From: Candidatus Nanohalobium constans
Lineage (GTDB): Archaea > Nanohalarchaeota > Nanosalinia > Nanosalinales > Nanosalinaceae
Length of the DNA stretch: 32,000 nt
Assembly (NCBI RefSeq): GCF_009617975.1
Contig: NZ_CP040089.1
Span: 840,001 to 872,000, forward strand
Reading direction: 5' to 3'
Shown piece by piece: positions 27,275 through 32,000 of this stretch (position 1 is the first letter of the stretch; each line of letters begins with the position of its first letter). The notes beneath the pieces are model-generated. The model made no database searches. It was not told the origin of the DNA and saw nothing but the letters and a program-made list of their open reading frames with translations. A program made the position numbers and the translations under genes.

Positions 27275-27586
27275 TCAAATCCTTTTTTCAACTTCTCTTA
27301 GATTTTCTTCCTGATAAAAACCCGGTCTAGGCCCAACCTTATAGATAACATAGTTCTGTCCTTCGACATCAAATATCACTCTGTGATTAAGTTCTCTATC
27401 CCGTCCACGCATAACCTTAATCCTGTAGACATCCAAACCTATATCTTCTCTCTTGATGAAACTCACTTTACTCCAGTCAAGCCCTTTCTCCGGAAGTTTT
27501 TCAATATAAGACTTCAACTTCTTCTGAACATGACCTGGAAGCTGTAAGAATTCTTTCTCAGCTTCACTATTCCACTTAATATCCAT
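27275..27586 (-). CDS. RelE/ParE-family toxin
   Basis: At 103 aa it contains EAEKEFLQLPGHVQKKLKSYIEKL...YRIKVMRGRDRELNHRVIFDVEGQNYVIYKVGPR, the RelE-fold pattern. Its start overlaps the stop of the RHH gene. Confidence 0.75.
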   Translation of the reverse strand: MDIKWNSEAEKEFLQLPGHVQKKLKSYIEKLPEKGLDWSKVSFIKREDIGLDVYRIKVMRGRDRELNHRVIFDVEGQNYVIYKVGPRPGFYQEENLREVEKRI

Positions 27587-27819
27587 TATTCATCAAGACC
27601 TGCTTCTTCCATCACTTCCTCATGACTTTTCAGATCCCCATCTTCTTCCTTCCTCTTCTTCACTTCCTGAAGCTCCTTCTTATTCATCCTATCCCTCAAC
27701 TCGTTCCTAAGGGCTTCTCTCACAAACTCAGATTTACTAGGATAGTTCTCCTCCTCCACAACTTTCTCCACTTCTTTCTCCTGCTCATCCGGAAGCCTAA
27801 CACCAATCGCCATAACCAA
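27586..27819 (-). CDS. Ribbon-helix-helix antitoxin
   Basis: IGVRLPDEQEKEVEKVVEEENYPSKSEFVREALRNEL. Confidence 0.75.
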   Translation of the reverse strand: MVMAIGVRLPDEQEKEVEKVVEEENYPSKSEFVREALRNELRDRMNKKELQEVKKRKEEDGDLKSHEEVMEEAGLDE

Positions 27820-27993
27820 CTATTGTACCACAAGCGTTAAACAAGTTACGACTCGAGAGAATATCTTCAATATAACATTTCATGCGGGCATCACATACTC
27901 CGCATTCCCTCCTCACATGACTAAGCTCTTCTCGAACATCAGACCCAATAACCGGATCGACACTTCTATCGTCCAACAAAGAAAACAAGGGCT

Positions 27994-28353
27994 TCATATT
28001 TCTCGGGTTCTGTACCTGCCGCTTTCTAGAACTGTAATGGAGCCCTTCAAATTTTCCAGGCCTATCTTCAATATACCATTTACAGTTTTCTCTACAATTC
28101 CCGATGCCTGTATAGATGCATCTAACCTGACAATAACTAATCCTTCATAGTTTTCTGTATCATAATGCTCCGGGCTTCCAAACTCTAAATCCCTTGTAAT
28201 TAAAATAGCGTCTTTTTCTACAGCAACTTTGAAAACTTCAGAATCCGGATCACCTTTCCGCTCAAGTTCCCTGATATTCCTGGCTTGAAAACCTTTACTT
28301 CTAAGCTCTTCGGATAAACTATTCGGCAAGTTCTCATCGACTAAGAAATCCAT
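27994..28353 (-). CDS. DUF5615-type PIN-like protein (putative toxin paired with DUF433)
   Basis: MDFLVDENLPNSLSEELRSKGFQARNI...AILITRDLEF. It starts 6 nt downstream of the DUF433 gene stop. Confidence 0.7.
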   Translation of the reverse strand: MDFLVDENLPNSLSEELRSKGFQARNIRELERKGDPDSEVFKVAVEKDAILITRDLEFGSPEHYDTENYEGLVIVRLDASIQASGIVEKTVNGILKIGLENLKGSITVLESGRYRTREI

Positions 28354-28359
28354 TGATAA

Positions 28360-28575
28360 TCAAGCCAGTGAACCAGTCTTCTCTCCCTTCATAAACGAGG
28401 AAGCATAGCGTACAGCAGCCTGAACACCTTCTTTTTCCACACCATACTCACTCTTTATCTCATCAAACTCCATGCCAGCCTCAAGCATACCCAAAACTTC
28501 CTCAACAGTAACCCTAGTACCTTCTATTATAGGCTTACCATGCCGAACATCCTCATCTACAACAACATCAACCAT
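28360..28575 (-). CDS. DUF433-family protein (putative antitoxin/DNA-binding)
   Basis: VRHGKPIIEGTRVTVEEVLGMLEAGMEFDEIKSEYGVEKEGVQAAVRYA. The start is reset to the ATG at 28575. Confidence 0.8.
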   Translation of the reverse strand: MVDVVVDEDVRHGKPIIEGTRVTVEEVLGMLEAGMEFDEIKSEYGVEKEGVQAAVRYASSFMKGEKTGSLA

Positions 28576-28587
28576 GCACAAACAGTT

Positions 28588-28605
28588 GAACTCCAAGACT
28601 TTTAC
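28588..28605 (-). promoter_or_regulatory. Island promoter/leader element, copy b
   Basis: The same GAACTCCAAGACTTTTAC lies 12 nt from the DUF433 start, within the 41-nt gap after the T2 stop. It is followed by TTAACTCAAT, as in copy d. Confidence 0.6.
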
Positions 28606-28616
28606 AGTTAACTCAA

Positions 28617-29003
28617 TCACAGGAAGTTGTTTTCTATATAGTTCAAGGCATCAAGAATCTTGTCAGAGACATTTCCTGAGTCTAAAGGCGTCTCCTTTAC
28701 TTCATCACCTACATGCAGATGATCTGGGAAAGTATCCAAGTCTTCATGATGTGGAGAATTATCGAACCTTACTATATCTTCTCCATCCTGCCAGTGGAAA
28801 GAGTAAATATCCTCAGAGACAAAAACATCGATAAAACCTTCCGACAGGAATATTCTAAGGTTTCTAGGTGTATCACCAGGACTTCTCTCAATAGAAGTAG
28901 ATTCAACCAGGTCAGGAAACTCTTCCTCAACACTTCTCTCAAGTTCAATATACCTTTCTAGAACTGTTCTAGAGTCTCTATCCTCTCCTTGAGGTTCCGC
29001 CAT
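28617..29003 (-). CDS. His-cluster protein T2 of repeated two-gene module
   Basis: VRFDNSPHHEDLDTFPDHLHVGDEVKE. The only in-frame ATG gives a 46-nt overlap with A2. Confidence 0.7.
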   Translation of the reverse strand: MAEPQGEDRDSRTVLERYIELERSVEEEFPDLVESTSIERSPGDTPRNLRIFLSEGFIDVFVSEDIYSFHWQDGEDIVRFDNSPHHEDLDTFPDHLHVGDEVKETPLDSGNVSDKILDALNYIENNFL

Positions 29004-29227
29004 TCAATCACCGCCTCCCAGGCAGGATGTTCATCAACTTCACCTGACTCAACCTGTTTCTCCAACTCACTTAGAGAATCAACACTGTACTCACTCTTCA
29101 ACTCCTTAACCCGTGCACGGCACTCACGCAACTGAGTAGAAATATACGACTCCAAACCCTTACGCAAAACCTCACCACGACTCTCACCAGTAACACTAGC
29201 CACCGACTCAACATCAACCTCAGACAT
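28958..29227 (-). CDS. Small acidic partner protein A2
   Basis: It carries MSEVDVESVASVTGESRGEVLRKGLESYI, VKELKSEYSVDSLSELEKQVESGEVDEH and HPAWEAVIEWRNLKERIETLE. Confidence 0.65.
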   Translation of the reverse strand: MSEVDVESVASVTGESRGEVLRKGLESYISTQLRECRARVKELKSEYSVDSLSELEKQVESGEVDEHPAWEAVIEWRNLKERIETLEQF

Positions 29228-29238
29228 AGAACATAATA

Positions 29239-29255
29239 GAACTCCAAGACTTTTA
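29239..29255 (-). promoter_or_regulatory. Island promoter/leader element, copy c
   Basis: GAACTCCAAGACTTTTA lies 11 nt from the A2 start, within the 37-nt gap after the T3 stop. Confidence 0.6.
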
Positions 29256-29264
29256 TCGGTTTAC

Positions 29265-29591
29265 CTAGACCAAGTCGAATTTATTTTCGAGCATCCGGAA
29301 GAACTGCTCTAAACTGATTTCATCTGATTCAACATGATCTCCCGGATTTTCTATAGGATGAGTATGCCACCCTCCAGTATTGTCGGCTCCAAAGACTCTT
29401 TCCTCATCAACTATGTATGCGAAAGCCACTCTTCCCGTATCAAAGTTTCTGAAAACATCTACAAAACCATCCTCCAGTTTGATACGAGAATCTACAACAA
29501 CACCCTCCTTCATATCAATACTGAAATCCTGTATAAAATCTTTTTCAGCAGCTAAATCAATAATTCTAGAGGAAAACTGTTCTACATTCAT
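29265..29591 (-). CDS. Divergent His-cluster protein T3 of repeated two-gene module
   Basis: FGADNTGGWHTHPIENPGDHVESDE sits at the position equivalent to the T1/T2 motif. It has the same size class and an ATGA overlap with A3. Confidence 0.6.
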   Translation of the reverse strand: MNVEQFSSRIIDLAAEKDFIQDFSIDMKEGVVVDSRIKLEDGFVDVFRNFDTGRVAFAYIVDEERVFGADNTGGWHTHPIENPGDHVESDEISLEQFFRMLENKFDLV

Positions 29592-29899
29592 TCAAGATCT
29601 TCCAAAGCATCTTCTATAACCTTTTTACGGGAAACCAGTCCTTCCCACTCCCAAAAGTCCTTTTCAACTTCGTGAGAATGCTTATCATCAATATTATTAT
29701 CTTCCCATTCATCTTCAAACTCTTCAAAACTCATACCGTATTTTTCTTCAAACCCCTCAATTTGATCCTCTACCTTCCCTAAACGATAGATCATAGCATC
29801 TCTAACAGTAGAACGAACTGCCGAGTCAACACGAGACTCTCCCGTAACATCCTTCAACAGCTTCGCAGTATCGCCGGAAACACTATCAACATCAGACAT
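29588..29899 (-). CDS. Small acidic partner protein A3
   Basis: It carries MSDVDSVSG..., IEGFEEKYGMSFEEFEDEWEDNNIDDK and DFWEWEGLVSRKKVIEDALEDLE. Confidence 0.6.
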   Translation of the reverse strand: MSDVDSVSGDTAKLLKDVTGESRVDSAVRSTVRDAMIYRLGKVEDQIEGFEEKYGMSFEEFEDEWEDNNIDDKHSHEVEKDFWEWEGLVSRKKVIEDALEDLE

Positions 29900-29910
29900 A
29901 GAACATAATA

Positions 29911-29928
29911 GAACTCCAAGACTTTTAC
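29911..29928 (-). promoter_or_regulatory. Island promoter/leader element, copy d
   Basis: GAACTCCAAGACTTTTAC lies 11 nt from the A3 start. The leader AGAACATAATA is identical to copy c. Confidence 0.6.
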
Positions 29929-30040
29929 AATTAACTCAATTAGGCAAACCAGAATTTTTCAGTAGAAAGTTTATCTGAGAATGCGAGCTAAAGAAAAGAG
30001 AAAAGAAAGGAAATTGAAGGAAAGAATTTGGTCGAGAGCT

Positions 30041-32000
30041 TTACTCGACTACTGTTCCTGAGCTGGTTTCAACTGTGACCTTGCTCTGTCCTTCCAGTGC
30101 GTCCTGGTTGTTACGGTAGTCAGCAAGGAAGTCAGCAGCTGCTCTTGTATCTTCTCCGGTAGCACCGGCAACAACAAGTGCAGACTGTCCTTCACTGAAA
30201 CCATCAACCATCTGAATCATACCCTGACCAGTAGTGTAATTACCGGCAGGCATGGTCTGGTTATCATCAACCAATTCCTGAGTCAAACTGTTGGCATTAG
30301 GTCCACCAACAAGGATCAAATTGTCATTGTTCTTAACCTGACCAACGTTACCGTCGTCAGCAAGAACACCTGATGCATACTGTCCAGTAGGCGCTGCAGC
30401 AGTAGCAGAACCACCGGAAGAACCATCAGCGGAAAGCGCACCATCAGCACCAGTCATAGCGAATCCTGATGTTGCCTGTCCACTAGGCATGTTGATTGAG
30501 ACAACTTCTTCATCGTCTCCTTCATCATCAACACTTACGTAAGCTCCAAACTCATCATAGTTAACTGTGACGTCCTCATCTTCCAGACTTCTGTCTTCTG
30601 TCTCAAATCCAGAGTAGGAAGCTACGCTTGCTGCCTCACTATCGTCAGACTTAGTCTCTAGGACGTAAGCCTCTTCCTCATCCTGATCGTTTTCAGGCTG
30701 AGTAAAGAGTACAGCTGAATCAGCGTCATCGTCACTTCTATCACCTAGATCAACCATTCCATTGTCGGTTGTCAGGTTGTACTGTGCAAAGTCACTATCG
30801 ACGTTTGCAGTACTTACATAGTTGGAACCTGTAAACGTGAGTGTTGCTGTAGCGTCGTTGGAAACAACTCCGCTTGGAATGTCAGCAGTCTCTGTTGTGG
30901 TTGAGGTATCGAATGTGTCTTGATCGGTTGCTGCAGGCTGATCAACATCAACAGTTCCTACGTCTGTTGCATTGACTACCTCAATGCTTTGGATGTGATT
31001 GTAATCAGCTTCTCCAGAGGTGAGTGTAACTCCTGCAGTGTCAGAGCTGAAGGATTGAACCGAAGATGCTCCGCTTCCATCACTGTTCTCTGTGGTGTTT
31101 ACTCTAACTTCATAGAGGTCTCCAGTACCAATAGTGATTTCTACATCATCAGAACTCAAGTCAATTGAGCTGGTAAGTCCATCTCCTACAGTTGCAGTGA
31201 AGTGGTCGCTGACATCAAATGCTTGTCCTGCTTCGATTCCAGTTTCTGTTTCTCCGTCGTTGTCGACGTCTGTGTCTGGTGCGTCGAATGCGATTGCTGA
31301 GTCTGTTGCTGTGTACATTGCAGGCCATAGCTGTCTGTTTCCGTCTGCTGTGCTTCTTACGAAGCTGACTTCTTCTCCGTCTTCGAATGTTACGTGGAAG
31401 TCTTTTCCTTCGATTGATTCGTCCTGAAGTGTTGCGGTTCCAGCGCTTTGATCGTAGACGTCGCTGTCTCCACTGTTTAGATCAAGTCCGTCTTCTTCTA
31501 CTGTGACAGATTCTCCTGTGACGACGTTTTCGAGTGTGACGGATAGTTCTCCATCACTTTCAGTTCCTAGGTCGGAGTCTGAGACGTCTGTTACTTCGTA
31601 CATGTCTGCTTCTTCGTAAGCGTTGAGTACGACTCTGTCGTCTTCTTCAACTGCTTCTCCTTCGTACTGTGCGATTGTTCCGTCTTCGTCTCCGAATACG
31701 GATTCGTCGTCGTCAGTATCGGAACTGTCTGTGTGTACAGGTACTGTTGCTTCTTCTCCGTCTGTTGTGAATGTTACTTCTGAGACTCCTTCGTTTTCTG
31801 AAGTAACTTCGATTGTTTCTGCTGCGTTGTCTTCGTCTGCTGTGTCTGGGTTGAGTCCTCCGTAGTGGAACTCTAGTCCGAAGAGTGGATCTTCGTAAGT
31901 TTCTCCCTGCTCAATGAAGCTTTCATCGTTGTCTTGTGCTCCAAAGTAGAAGTTGATTGCTTCTGTTGATGTGAAATCTCCGCCATCAACTGTTACGTAT
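30041..32000 (-). CDS. Very acidic surface (S-layer-like) protein, 5'-partial (continues beyond the right edge)
   Basis: The ORF track starts at the Met at 31603, but my hand translation shows the same frame stays open to 31999 (...YVTVDGGDFTSTEAINFYFGAQDND...EEDDRVVLNAYEEADMYEVTDVSD...). The protein is D/E/T/S-rich with many N-x-S/T sequons. C-terminal NLILVGGPNANSL and ALVVAGATGEDTRAAADFLA resemble archaeal S-layer C-terminal regions. Confidence 0.7.
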   Translation of the reverse strand, partial: YVTVDGGDFTSTEAINFYFGAQDNDESFIEQGETYEDPLFGLEFHYGGLNPDTADEDNAAETIEVTSENEGVSEVTFTTDGEEATVPVHTDSSDTDDDESVFGDEDGTIAQYEGEAVEEDDRVVLNAYEEADMYEVTDVSDSDLGTESDGELSVTLENVVTGESVTVEEDGLDLNSGDSDVYDQSAGTATLQDESIEGKDFHVTFEDGEEVSFVRSTADGNRQLWPAMYTATDSAIAFDAPDTDVDNDGETETGIEAGQAFDVSDHFTATVGDGLTSSIDLSSDDVEITIGTGDLYEVRVNTTENSDGSGASSVQSFSSDTAGVTLTSGEADYNHIQSIEVVNATDVGTVDVDQPAATDQDTFDTSTTTETADIPSGVVSNDATATLTFTGSNYVSTANVDSDFAQYNLTTDNGMVDLGDRSDDDADSAVLFTQPENDQDEEEAYVLETKSDDSEAASVASYSGFETEDRSLEDEDVTVNYDEFGAYVSVDDEGDDEEVVSINMPSGQATSGFAMTGADGALSADGSSGGSATAAAPTGQYASGVLADDGNVGQVKNNDNLILVGGPNANSLTQELVDDNQTMPAGNYTTGQGMIQMVDGFSEGQSALVVAGATGEDTRAAADFLADYRNNQDALEGQSKVTVETSSGTVVE

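Noticed and set aside
29974-30054. 26-aa Lys/Arg-rich plus-strand frame (MRAKEKRKERKLKERIW...) in the spacer before the island
   Set aside because: It is a translation of an A/G-rich tract, it runs into the antisense of the surface-protein gene, and nothing supports it.

Overview
AT-rich archaeal chromosomal window, identified by an archaeal-type 16S rRNA, an L18e-L13-S9-RpoN block and TATA-like boxes about 26 nt upstream of many start codons. The predicted proteins are small and strikingly acidic (D/E-rich), and the 16S gene is not linked to a 23S gene. Together these suggest a salt-in halophile with a reduced genome, possibly a nanohaloarchaeon/DPANN-type lineage (inference only). Left to right the window holds: a HaeIII-like type II restriction-modification pair; small acidic coiled-coil and zinc-finger proteins; an FkbM methyltransferase; a stand-alone 16S rRNA preceded by tRNA-His; a copper module (DUF305, an unannotated 46-aa membrane sORF, a CopB-type P1B ATPase and a divergent PadR-TRASH regulator); tRNA-Leu; lipoylation genes (split lplB/lplA plus a degenerate LplA-like paralogue); a PduO-type adenosyltransferase; an ATP-citrate-lyase-like three-polypeptide set with a HAD gene wedged into it; MscS; tRNA-Glu; HIT, ZIP and NUDIX genes; an RHH-PIN pair; and the ribosomal-protein/RpoN block. 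A dense 3.8-kb co-oriented island of six toxin-antitoxin-like modules follows. Three of these are paralogous copies of an uncharacterised two-gene module (small acidic protein plus His-cluster protein) and share a near-identical promoter/leader element. A very acidic S-layer-like surface protein runs off the right edge. The paralogous module array with its shared control element is the best candidate here for something undescribed. All family assignments come from reading motifs by eye; no searches were run.
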